Assembly: GCF_006345805.1 (NCBI RefSeq)
Contig: NW_021826268.1
Coordinates: 1-35,754 of the forward strand
Origin: Octopus sinensis
Taxonomy: Eukaryota
DNA: 35,754 bases
Reading direction: 5' to 3'
Made by a program: the position numbers and the translations under genes
The notes under the pieces: generated by a model
Told to the model about the DNA's origin: nothing
The model's input: the letters and a program-made list of their open reading frames with translations, nothing else
Database searches by the model: none
In this document: piece by piece, positions 21,066 through 31,980 of the stretch
Layout of the letters: the number at the start of each line of letters is the position of its first letter
Numbering within the stretch: position 1 is the first letter of the stretch

Positions 21066-21474
21066 CATGAACATCATCATCATCATCGTCGTCGTTATTG
21101 TTGTTGCTCTTACGGTTGTGCTTTGAGTTGAAGGGACGTGACTTTTGGCGAAGCTCGGGTGTTTCATTAAAAATATTGGGTTACCTTCCAAAATGGATGT
21201 TTGTCGTGTCATCTTTGTGTGGAGTCGTTTCGTAGAAAAGCGAGACGTTTTTTCAACTTATTTGCTTCCTTCCCCTCCTCCCTCCACCGCCACCGTTTGA
21301 GTGTGAGAGAGACTTTGCATCGTGATTGTATTTTTATTGCTCTCAGACAGATATTTGAACAATATATTCGTGAATTTGGCATCTACTAGAAAGGGTAGTA
21401 GTAAGAGGAGGCTTTCGTAAAGGGAGTGGTTACATTTACGCCCCCATTGAAAAGCAGACATGATAACTTTCACA

Positions 21475-21542
<68 letters not shown>

Positions 21543-21680
21543 GTATATACAATCACATATATGTACATATACAAACACATATTTATTTTCTTCTACTGGA
21601 TCCAGTTTGAGAGCTGCGGTCATGCTGGGGCACCACCGTAATACATATGAGTAAATATTCAACATGAATACTCGTAAAGA

Positions 21681-22362
21681 TGTTGTTATTATTATTATTG
21701 TTGTTGTTGTTGTTGTTGTTGTTTTCACTATCATCTTCTTTCAATTGTTTTCATTTCTTGCCGAGTATCTTCCTGACACCTAGGGCAGAGAAACGCACTG
21801 TATACATTGATAGGCGATTAAAATAAACACACCAGATTGTCTATTTACAAAGACAAGTGATAAAGAAAAGGGGAAGAAAGACAGAGAGAAAAAAAAAAAA
21901 GAATAAAAAAGTAAACAAAGAAAATGAAAGGGAAAAGGAAAAGAAAATTCACATTGACAATATGCTCTTCTCCGTACGTGCGACCAGTTAAGACAATCTT
22001 TTGCACTTTATGGATGGTAAGCTAGGGATCATTCTTAAATAATTTTCAGTTCCTTTTTTGATCATTCCAAGTGTTCCGACAATCACTGGTATTGTATCCG
22101 TCTTGAGATGCCACATCTTTTCGATTTCGATTAAGAAATCTTTATATCTTCTGAGCTTATCAAATTCTTTTGCTGAGATATTATGGTCACAGGGTATGCT
22201 CATGTCAATCAATAAACAGACTTTATTGTTTTGGTCTTTCACAACAATATCTGGTTTGTTTGCTTTGATGGTCACATCTGTACATACTGGGAAGTCCCAA
22301 AGAATAGTTACATTTTCTCCCTCAATTACAGTCTCAGGGTGGTGCTTGTACCATTTGTCATG
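21681..22362 (-). mobile_element. R4/Dong-like RLE non-LTR retrotransposon 3' fragment with (AAC)n(AAT)n tail
   Basis: HDKWYKHHPETVIEGENVTILWDFPVCTDVTIKANKPDIVVKD...LIDMSIP...KY-like...IPVIVGTLG (PD-(D/E)xK nuclease). Frameshift near the end, native stop ~21949-21951, ~225-nt 3' UTR. Confidence 0.88.
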
Positions 22363-22374
22363 TATATATATATA

Positions 22375-22519
22375 TAGGAGTGGGTGTGTGGTGAGAAGCT
22401 TGCTTCCTAACAACATGGTTCCGAGTTCAGTCCCACTGTGTGGCGCCTTGGCCAAGTGTCTTCTACTATAACCTCGGGCCGAGTGGATTTGGTAGATGGA
22501 AACTGAAAGAAGCCCGTCG

Positions 22520-22576
<57 letters not shown>

Positions 22577-22775
22577 GTGTGTGTGTGTGTGTGTGTGTGT
22601 TTGTGTACGTGTGTGTTTGTGTGTATCTGTTTGTCTCCCCACCAAGGCTTGACAACCGATGCTGGTGTGTTTACGTCCCTGTAACAGTAGCGGTTCGACA
22701 AAAGACACTGACAGAGTAAGTACTAAGCTTAGAAAGAACAAGTCCCGGGGTCGATTTGTTCGACTAAAGGGCGGA
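22375..22775 (+). mobile_element. SINE family A with internal (TA)n(TG)n
   Basis: Head GGAGTGGGTGTGTGGTGAGAAGCTTGC and standard body. Confidence 0.9.
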
Positions 22776-23394
22776 TACTTTCTGAAACTAGTTAAAGAAT
22801 AAAATAATATCTATCTGTCTGTCTGTCTGGTGTGTGTGTGTAATACTCGAGCGAATGGCGACGAGGTTTCAGCTCATAAAAGAAATATTATTAAGACTTA
22901 AAACTTGCTGATATGATTATATAAAATACGTTTTTGATTTTTATGTACAAAACCTGGCCCAGCATTCTGAGTTTCAACGTCTGCTATCTTCCGCTTGACG
23001 ACAATAAATCATGTCGTAGTGACTTCGTCAGCAAACGTTCCTGGCTGTGTGACCCAATATCTCCTGCACAAAAAATACAATATCACCAAGCCTAAAAGTA
23101 TTCGCATTTAGTAAGAGAAACACGATCGTGTCACGTTGCAGACGACAACAAAATGGATTGAAAATAATCAATTGGGGGCGAGTTGCGGGTTGAATAAATA
23201 TGTCAAGACGACGAAGTTGAAGGAGGACTCTGTTCAAAGGAGCAACTAATAAGAAGGTATTCAAAGGATTCACAGCAAATTGAGACGACTAATAAAACAG
23301 ACATTCAAATGGATTGGCCACTGAAAGGGATAAACATCTTTTATTTTTTTACTAGTTTTAGTTATTAGACTGCAGCCATGCTGTAGCACATCTC

Positions 23395-23604
23395 TTTTAC
23401 TCTTTTATTCTTTTACTTATTTCAGTCATTTGATTCGGCCATGCTGGAGCACCCCCTTTAGTCGAGCACATCGACCCCAGGACTTATTCTTTGTAAGCCT
23501 AGTACTTATTCTATCGGTCACTTTTGCCTAACCGCTAAGTTACGGGGACGTAAACACACCAGCATCGGTTGTCAAGCTATGTTTGGGGGACAAACACAGA
23601 CACA

Positions 23605-23695
<91 letters not shown>

Positions 23696-23845
23696 TATAC
23701 ATATATACGACGGGCTTCTTTCAGTTTCCGTTTACTAAATCCACTCACAAGGCTTTGGTCAGCCTGAGGCTATAGTAGAAGACACTTGCCCAAGGTAACA
23801 CGTAGTGGGACTGAACCCGGAACTATGTAGTTCGTAAGCAAGCTT
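23395..23845 (-). mobile_element. SINE family A with expanded internal (CA)n(TA)n
   Basis: Standard tail and body; internal microsatellite at ~23590-23708. Confidence 0.9.
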
Positions 23846-24650
23846 TTTATTTTCTGAGTTTAAATCCTGCTGAGGTCATCTTTGCCTCTCATCCTTTCCG
23901 GATCTGTAATACTGGGGTCGATTAAACTGATTTACTCGCTCTTCTAAAATTGCTAATCCTGTACCGAAATTTGAAACCATTCAGGCTATTATGGGCACCT
24001 GTTATCTTTAATCTTTTACTTGTTTCAGTCATTAGATTTCGGCCATGCTGGGGCAGCGCTTTGAAGAATTCTAGTCGAACGAATAAACCCCGGTTCGTAT
24101 TTTTTAAGCCTAGTACTTATTCTATATATTCTCTCTTGCTGAGCCCATTCATTCAGATTAAAAAGCGATCGCCCAGTATCCATATCTATTTGTCAAACAG
24201 ACATTTTAAATATTCTCCACCTTGATATCATGACTTCAGATCTGTTTCCCCTCATAACCTGTGTTTAATCTACTCCTACATATATTTAAAATACTCTTAA
24301 CTATTAACAAGATGACCGACCCCTGGACTCTTTCCTCTCATAACTCATTTGCTGTCAACTAACACACACGTTTCCCCACATTTTTCAACTCAGTCACCGA
24401 ATGTGAGGCTTTGTTTAACTGTGTTCTTTGGTTTTTTGCTTTGAAAAAGATATAAATAGTTAAGAAACAAAACCAAGAAACACCCCCTCGTTCTTGATGT
24501 TTGACATATTTCACAGCCGAGTGCATTTAGTGTGAGTGGGCAGGTTTTTTTTAAGGACAAGGTATGTCAAATTAAAATAGAAACGGCAAGAAAATATACG
24601 TGGATGATGTTTGAGTATCAAATAGCTAAACCGTGTTGCATCTGTTAAGA

Positions 24651-24698
24651 GTCGGTTGAATAACAAGTCGGTTGAATAACAGGTCGGTTGAATAGCAA
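24651..24698. repeat. 16-bp tandem repeat x3 (GTCGGTTGAATAACAA)
   Basis: Units at 24651, 24667 and 24683, with degenerate copies at ~24722 and ~24752. Confidence 0.9.
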
Positions 24699-24799
24699 GT
24701 AGCTCAACTGTATCTCTTGGTGTTGGTTGAATTACAAATGTGTCTGTTGATGTTGTTGAATAACAAATATCGCAGCCGTTGTTGGGTAATGAACAGATC

Positions 24800-25115
24800 T
24801 GTGAAGACGCGTGACCTACTTGGCTGTGGGTTGGACTGACGATCTTGAGTTCGTGGTATCGATTCCCAAACCGGACGGCGCGTTGTGTTCCTGAAGGAAA
24901 CAATTCGTTTCACTTTGTTTCAGTCTGCTCAGCTGAAACTGGGGAGGAGGAGGACGAGGAGGAGGAGGAGGAGGAGGTAGGATTTAACCCTGCGAGGGAC
25001 TGTCGTCTCATTCAGGAGAAATATAGTACCCTCAATTGCTTATACGCCATTGGAGACGGGATAAGGTCCAGCTTAACGAACCTGTAGGCTCATAACAGAC
25101 CTATTTGCCTATTTA
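24800..25115 (+). mobile_element. Old Meta/V-like SINE with internal (GAG)n
   Basis: GGTATCGATTCCC B-box-like motif, then GCTCAGCTG...AACCCTGCGAGGGACTGTCGTCTCATTCAGG. Confidence 0.55.
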
Positions 25116-25466
25116 TTTATAGTAAACAGATCAACTATTTTTAAGGTTATTTCTACAGATATTCCATAGAAATTAGAGCCAACACTGAAAGTTACAACGT
25201 TTCACATACGAATTCGTCCATGTAAACAATGCAATCGAAGATAGAAAACTAGATAGTGGTGGGGTATATGCATATTTCAGGAGTTATTGCTATTTCTTCA
25301 GCTCTACAATCGACCCAGCCAATTGTGTTACACCGCTATTTTTGGTGGCTCTTTGAATAATGTCTTCGTTTATGGTCCTCCATACAAGCTAGAGATGGTC
25401 TCTCAACACCCTAAAAATTGAAGCCAAATCTTCTTAGAATATACATTATTCTGTCACAACTAGAAT

Positions 25467-26213
25467 CAGAGCTGGATTAAGTATTAAGCAAAATAAGCAC
25501 TTGATTAAGACATCATGGGAGGTGGGGCACCAAAGAAATGGTTAATGGTTTAAGGTACTAAAGGAATTACTTTAAACTTGTTAACATAATATTCAAATTG
25601 GTTTATATGATCGCAAATATGGTTTCTGAGTGTCCATGGTGTCATAGAGAGGATCTGATCAAAGACCAGCAATTAATAAAAAGTAGGAGAAAACTGTTCA
25701 AATATAAAAGAAGTGAAAGTACACAAAAACAAGAGGACTCAGAAAGCGCAAACCTCCACCAAGGCGACACCAAAGTCCTCTCAACGATTAACCAGAGATG
25801 ATTTTTAAAATGAGAATATCTGAAATGAACTCGACTGCTCTCACAAGCGAGAATATTAAAAATGAACCCAACCGTTCTCAATCGGAAAAATAATCCAGAA
25901 TCCTTGTCCGGTACCGGATCGATTCCAAAATCTAATCAGTTCGTACCAGCCACGATGCCAAACATCACTGAAAGTTTCATCGAATCCATCGAGCAGTTCC
26001 TGAGATATCTTGTCCACAGACAAACAAACAAACAAACGCCACTGAAAACAATACCTTCGCTAAGGCGGAGGGAATAAAAGTTATTTTCCGTCTTACGGTT
26101 AGTTTTGTTTCATTTTTGAAAAATAAAAATTTATTTTAATCTATTATTTTATATTTGGGGGCACTAAGATCTTTTAAGTGCTTAGGGCCTCTCTGTGTCT
26201 TAATCCGGCTTTG
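25467..26213 (+). mobile_element. hAT-type MITE, copy 2, carrying a nested insertion
   Basis: TIRs CAGAGCTGGATTAA / TTAATCCGGCTTTG. 8-bp TSD ACTAGAAT (25459-25466) / GCTAGAAT (26214-26221), 7 of 8 matching. Confidence 0.85.
25730..26074 (-). mobile_element. Helentron-type non-autonomous element (HINE/DINE-1-like)
   Basis: Subterminal CCTCCACCAAGG (25753-25764) versus GGCGGAGG (26063-26071), stem-loop CCTTCGC-TAAG-GCGGAGG, and an internal (ACAA)n. Inserted in an A/T run without TSD; absent from MITE copy 1. Confidence 0.7.
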
Positions 26214-26439
26214 GCTAGAATCCTTTGATAGTTAGGTCTTCACCATTAGGGTTCGCAAAGCGCTTAATAGCAGCAGTAGCAGCAGCAGCCAACCAACCGA
26301 CCGACCAACCGACCAATCGCACTACATCTGTTGCAACCCCACCTCCCCTAAACCCCACCAGCATCCCACAACCCCTTACACCACCATATCTTAATTTTTT
26401 ATCAAAAATTTCACTAGAAAAATGATTATAATGAAAAAG

Positions 26440-27230
26440 TGACACGCACACACACATACACATCTACACACATACACACCTACACACACGCGCGCATGTG
26501 CGCATACACGCAGAGGTAGACGTAGACTTAAGAAAACACACGCACAGACACACCCACGTGCAAACACGTACAGCACACTAAGCGATACATATACAGGCAC
26601 ACACACACACACACACACACACACAACACAGACAACACACACAGAAAACCCCATCCCCACACACTACACGCACACACACTCCACATACACAGACAATACA
26701 CACACACACAACCCACACACGCAACACACACACTGACAGACACAGACACAGGCACACACACACACATCACACACCACACACACACCACACACACATACAC
26801 CACATGCAGCACAGACAACACCCCTTCACACACACACACGCCACCCGCAACACAGACTACACCCCCTTACACATACACACACCATGCAACACATGCTACA
26901 CCCCTTACACACACACATACACATACACATACCACACGCAACATAGACTACACTCCTCCCTTACACAACGCACACACAATTACACACACACACACACAAA
27001 CACACACCACCCGCAACACAGACTACACCCCCTTGCACACACACATACACACACATGCCACCCGCAGCACATACTATACCCCCTTACACACACACACACA
27101 CTCTTACACACACACACCCTTACACACCCACCCTTACACACACACACCCTTACACACACCCTTACACACACAATTACACACACACACACTCAATTACACA
27201 CACACACACACACAATTACACACACACACA

Positions 27231-27270
<40 letters not shown>
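26440..27270. repeat. (CA)-rich compound microsatellite with a higher-order unit
   Basis: Recurrent CCACCCGCAACACAGACTACACCCCCTT-like unit between CA tracts. Confidence 0.9.
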
Positions 27271-27273
<3 letters not shown>

Positions 27274-27642
27274 GTTAGTCTTAGTCAATGTGCATCCTAT
27301 CAGCAAAAGCGGCGACAAATGTATAAAGTCAGCAAGGTGTGGCTTCAACATTTATTTTCATTATCTTATCACTGGTTACGAAATGGAACACGTGCATGTG
27401 TGTGTGTGTACGAATGTGCTATGTATGTGCGTGTGTAGGTATGTGCCTATACGTACTCCGTGTGTGCGTGCGTGCGTGCGTGTATGTTAGGGAAGGTGGA
27501 ATGTGACGAGGAGAGTCGATATTTTTAGATTCATAAATATTTTGCATTCACTTTGCCCAGCGGGACTTATTTTTCGATTACCCGTCCACTGGAACTCACG
27601 ACCATTTAGGTACCTTCCGTCAGCAAAGACCCCTACCCCAAC

Positions 27643-27872
27643 GGTGAGCTGGCAGAAACGTTAGCACGCCGGGCGAAATGCTTAGCGGTATTTCGTCTGC
27701 GTTACGTTGTGAGTTCAAATTCCGCCGAGGTCGACTTTGCCTTTCATCCTTTCGGGGTCGATTAAATAAGTATCAGTTGCGCACTGGGGTCGATGTAATC
27801 GACTTAATACCTATGTCTGTCCTTGTTTGTCCTTTCTGTGTTTAGACCCTTGTGGGTAGTAAAGAAATAGGT
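27643..27872 (+). mobile_element. Full-length SINE family B (tail a)
   Basis: Head GGTGAGCTGGCAGAAACGTTAG...GAGTTCAAATTCC; tail CCCTTGTGGGTAGTAAAGAAATAGGT. Confidence 0.9.
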
Positions 27873-28369
27873 GTAGCTTCTTTAGGTTCAATCCATAGCA
27901 TGCTTTTTTTGCTTTTTTTTTACCCCGTTCTGCCATCCGTTCGGTCGCCTCACCAAACCAAGGATCGAGACAAACACACAGCGATTATTTTGCTTAAATG
28001 CTTGTAGAAGATATATTATATTTGAAGGCAGAAAAGACACGTCGGCGTATAAGATGCACCCAATTTCAGCAGCGCATATTCAAGAGAGGAAAAAAAATTC
28101 AGTACTTTAAAGCATGAAATACTGGTTCAACTTCGCATATAGAACTCGAGGTGATTTATTTGAGACATTTTTTGGGGAAAAAGGACATCATTTTTCGCTC
28201 TCAGCATTGGTTTTTTCCCCTTAGGTACCTCAGCGCTATGCAAGATGAAGCATTTTCTACTTTTACCCTCAGCAGTCGGTAAAATTTCATTCTTCTCCTA
28301 TTCTCCCCAAGTCCAATTGTAGCCTTGTAGGACTTCGTGGATTTAGCCAGAAAACCATGACATTCTCAT

Positions 28370-28610
28370 CGTTTCCTTGACGTATAGGTTCCCCACCTGG
28401 ACGGGATGCCGGTCCGTCGCAGGTGAGCTGCAAGATGCAGGAGGAAAGAGTGAGAGAAAGTTGTGTCGAAAGAGTCAGAAGAAGTTCGCCATTACCTTCT
28501 GCCGGAGCCGTGTGGAGCTTAGGTGTTTCGCTCATAAATACACACATCGCCCGGTCTTAGATTCGAACCCATGATCCATCGACCGCAAGTCCGCTGCTCT
28601 AACCACTTGG

Positions 28611-28612
<2 letters not shown>
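28370..28612 (-). mobile_element. SINE family C, tail type b
   Basis: Same ~170-nt 5' part as 2994-3289, then CTCACCTGCGACGGACCGGCATCCCGTCCAGGTGGGG. Confidence 0.8.
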
Positions 28613-28671
<59 letters not shown>

Positions 28672-28679
<8 letters not shown>

Positions 28680-28757
28680 AAAAGTGAGGAAGGCCGGTTT
28701 ATGAGATTACCTTAGGTTTCCCGTCCATAAACCGGCCTTCCCCATTTTTAATATATA
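28672..28757. mobile_element. Tiny hairpin MITE in a TA context
   Basis: Perfect 16-bp inverted repeat GGAAGGCCGGTTTATG (28688-28703) / CATAAACCGGCCTTCC (28726-28741), extending imperfectly to TA-rich ends. Confidence 0.7.
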
Positions 28758-28808
28758 CTGCTCTACATCTTATTTCGGATTTATGTTTTCTACAAATGAT
28801 TTACGATA

Positions 28809-28965
28809 TAGGTGTGGCTGTGTGGTAAGAAACTTGCTTCCCAACCACATGGTTCTGAGTTCAGTCCCACTGCGTGACACCCTCAGGAAGTGTCTTCTAC
28901 TATAGCCTTGGCTGACCAAAGCCTTGCGAATGGATTTGGTATACGGAAACTGAAAGAAGCCTGTC

Positions 28966-29039
<74 letters not shown>

Positions 29040-29237
29040 TTGTGTGTCTGTGTTTTTCTCCCCACCCAGCATCGCTTGACTACCGATGTTGGTGTGTTTA
29101 CGTCCCGGTAACTTAGCGGACCTGCAAGAGCGGCCGACAGAATAAGTACTAGGTTTACCAGTAAGTCCTGGGGGTGATTTGTTCGACTAAACGCGGTGCT
29201 CCAGCTTGGCCGTGGTAAAATGGCTGAAACGAGTAAA
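28809..29237 (+). mobile_element. Full-length SINE family A with internal (TA)n
   Basis: Head GGTGTGGCTGTGTGGTAAGAAACTTGC; tail GGCTGAAACGAGTAAA. Confidence 0.9.
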
Positions 29238-29361
29238 TGGTTAGTATATATACATACGTGTATATATATTTATACACATATATAGATTGTACGATATGAG
29301 TACGCAGAATTGCCGTTAGGACAGCAGATTACCCCTTACAAAGCGGAAAAACTTATTAACC

Positions 29362-29434
29362 AGCATCCATGAGACTCGAACCCATATCCCGCAAAGGCTC
29401 CCGGTGAATGTTTTACCATTAAGCTAAACTGCCC
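29362..29434 (-). other. tRNA-like SINE head / tRNA pseudogene
   Basis: A-box TAGCTTAATGG and B-box GGTTCGAGTCT are present, but the acceptor stem does not pair, so this is not a functional tRNA. Confidence 0.55.
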
Positions 29435-31227
29435 GATGATATATTAATCCGCCGAATTAGACACCAATTACTTTAGCTTTATATGTTCTATAAAGCGTTA
29501 TAGAAGAAAGGGGAAATCAGAACATACATTTAATATCGATCTGTGGGGCCCAGTATGTCTTGAGTTCGATAAAAGGTTACCTTTGTGGAGATTGACTTAA
29601 TTTAAATGCTATTAAATTATAGTCAACAAGTGGAAGCCACTTGGGCGTGCCTCAAGCGAAGAAAGAAACGGTGCTGTGGCGCAATGCTTCATTCCTTTTC
29701 GTTTTTAAGACATTATGCTGCTGTTTCTAGTAGGTGGAGAGTCCATGTAAAGGTTTCGTCTTTGCTGTTCCCATGGAAGACAGTCACGACGTCCGGTATA
29801 TTTGGCAGTGAAGGAGGCTGCCGATTGGTTACAATTACATAACTTAAAATGTTTCTAGCATTCTTTTTTGTTATTAATTTCTAGAAATGCGATTTTCGTG
29901 ATTAGCTTGAAAATTTATTTCGTAACGGCAAGACAATCGAAAGAGGGCAACAATATCGAACTCCCTCCTTCACCAAAAGCCAATCACATAAGAATGGCCG
30001 TTGGAAAGGCGATGGCACTAGAGGTGTCCTAGCATGGTCTCAACCTTTGGGCTGAAACGCACAAAAGTATAAAAGAATAAAATAAATGCATTTTTTCGAA
30101 ATTACCTGGAGGAAATTTAAAGAAATTGAAGAAGAAATTTAACAAGATTCGTTTTGTGTGGTGCATTGCGGTGTGATGCAATGTAGTGTGGAGGCCTTCA
30201 TGCTGTGTGGTGTGTAGTGAGGCGTGACCTGGTGCGGTGGTGGGGGTGCTGTAGTGTAGAGACTAGTCAGGGGGTGGTATTGTATGATGCGATGTTGCTG
30301 ATGTAGCGTCGTTTTTGATCTAAAACGAAACCAAACTGTCTACGGTGAACTTTCTCTCACCTTTGACCTGCTGAATAATTTAATCAATGACTGAGATAAC
30401 AATATGGAAAAGGGTGTGTGGGGGGGAGGGGAGGAAGGGCGGACATTGGCTTGGATGGGGTGGTGGAGGGTGGTAGTGGTGGTGTGTGTGTGTGTGTGTG
30501 GGTGGGTGGTAGATTGTCTTTTCAACCTGGTGGAGTGTCTAATGTCAGGCACACGCGTGTACACATATATACTTACACACACACACGAACGCACGCACAC
30601 ACACACACACACACACACGACACACTCACTCACACAGAGTACGATGGTGGCTTAGTTGGCCGATACTTCGAAATCACTCTCAGTAATATTCTTGTTGAAG
30701 AATAATAAATCCTAAGATTAACATAAAATTCTTTCTATTGTAACCGAACATGAAGACAAACATTAATATATTCATACACACACACATACATGCACACACA
30801 TACGTACATACATACATACACACCTACATACATACATGCATTCACACACATATACATCATACTCTGTGTGTGTGTGCATGTGTGTGCGTGCGTGTGTGTG
30901 TGTGTGTGTGTGTGTGCCTGTTAATCCGTGTTTATGTATAAGTATATATGTGTACACGAGTGTGCATGACATTAGACACCCCGCCAGGTTGTAAAGACAC
31001 ACCTACATACATACATGCATACATACATACATACATACATACATACATACGTACGTACGTACGTACGTACGTACATACATACATACATACATACATACAC
31101 ACATACACACATGCATACATACATACACGCATACATAAACACATCACCAGGTGATACTATTAAGTTAAACATGGCTTGGGCCTATACTAGCCGAAACCTA
31201 TCAAAGTTTATCAAAGTTTTACTTACA

Positions 31228-31304
<77 letters not shown>

Positions 31305-31306
<2 letters not shown>

Positions 31307-31505
31307 TCTTTTCTACTCTAGGCACAAGACCCGAAATATTTGGGGAGGAGGTCAGTCGATTAGATCGACCCCAGTGCGCAACTGGTACTTAATTTGTCGA
31401 CCTCGAAAGGCTGAAAGGCAAAGTCGATCTGGGCGGAATTTGTAAAGACAGACGAAACACCGCAAGGCATTTCGTCCGGCGTGCTAACGAGTCTGCCAAC
31501 TCCCC
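31305..31505 (-). mobile_element. SINE family B (tail b)
   Basis: TTTCTACTCTAGGCACAAG tail and GAAAGGCAAAGTCGATC core. Confidence 0.85.
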
Positions 31506-31699
31506 ACCGTCTTTTTCTCCTCCCCATATTGTTATCAATGATTAAATTGTTTCACAGGTGAAAAGGTCGGAGATAACCTAGTTTTGTCAGTTTGAGCGAA
31601 CCAAGACAACCACACTGCATACCATGCTATGTCATTCACAACACCACACTACAATGTACCATACATGCACGGCTCAACAGTAGACCACACTATATTATA

Positions 31700-31980
31700 A
31701 ATTGGCACTCCGTCGGTTGCGACGGGGACTGTTTCAGTTGATCCGATCAACAAAACAGCGCGCTCGTGAAATTAACGTGCAAGTGGTTGGGTACTCCACA
31801 GACACGCGTAACCTTAATGTAGATCTCGGGGAGATTCAGTGTGACACTGAATGTAACAAGGCTGGTCCCTTTGAATTACAGGTACAACCCATTTTTGCCA
31901 GCTGAGTGGACTGCAGCAACATGAAATAAAGAGACTCGATCAAGGATACAACGCGGCACTGGGAATTGAACTCACGTCCT
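31700..31980 (-). mobile_element. SINE family D (Ceph-SINE-like 3' domain)
   Basis: Minus strand GAGTTCAATTCCCAG...CCACTCAGCTGGCAAAAATG...CACTTGCACGTTAATTTCACGAGC...CAACCGACGGAGTGCCA. A tail fragment also occurs at ~10683-10742. Confidence 0.7.

Noticed and set aside
21988-22701. 237-aa minus-strand ORF as a gene
   Set aside because: Chance in-frame fusion of an antisense SINE (22375-22701) with a truncated RLE retrotransposon fragment.
22945-23070. Possible minus-strand terminal exon (DIGSHSQERLLTKSLRHDLLSSSGR*) after a TTTTTTGTGCAG acceptor
   Set aside because: Only an acceptor-like site and a short frame, with no homology or partner exon to support it.
24651-24770. Short repeats superficially CRISPR-like
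   Set aside because: Units are head-to-tail without unique spacers, there are no cas genes, and the context is eukaryotic.
29362-29434. Possible tRNA gene
   Set aside because: A and B boxes are present but the acceptor stem cannot pair and no clean anticodon arm is seen. Treated as a SINE head or pseudogene.
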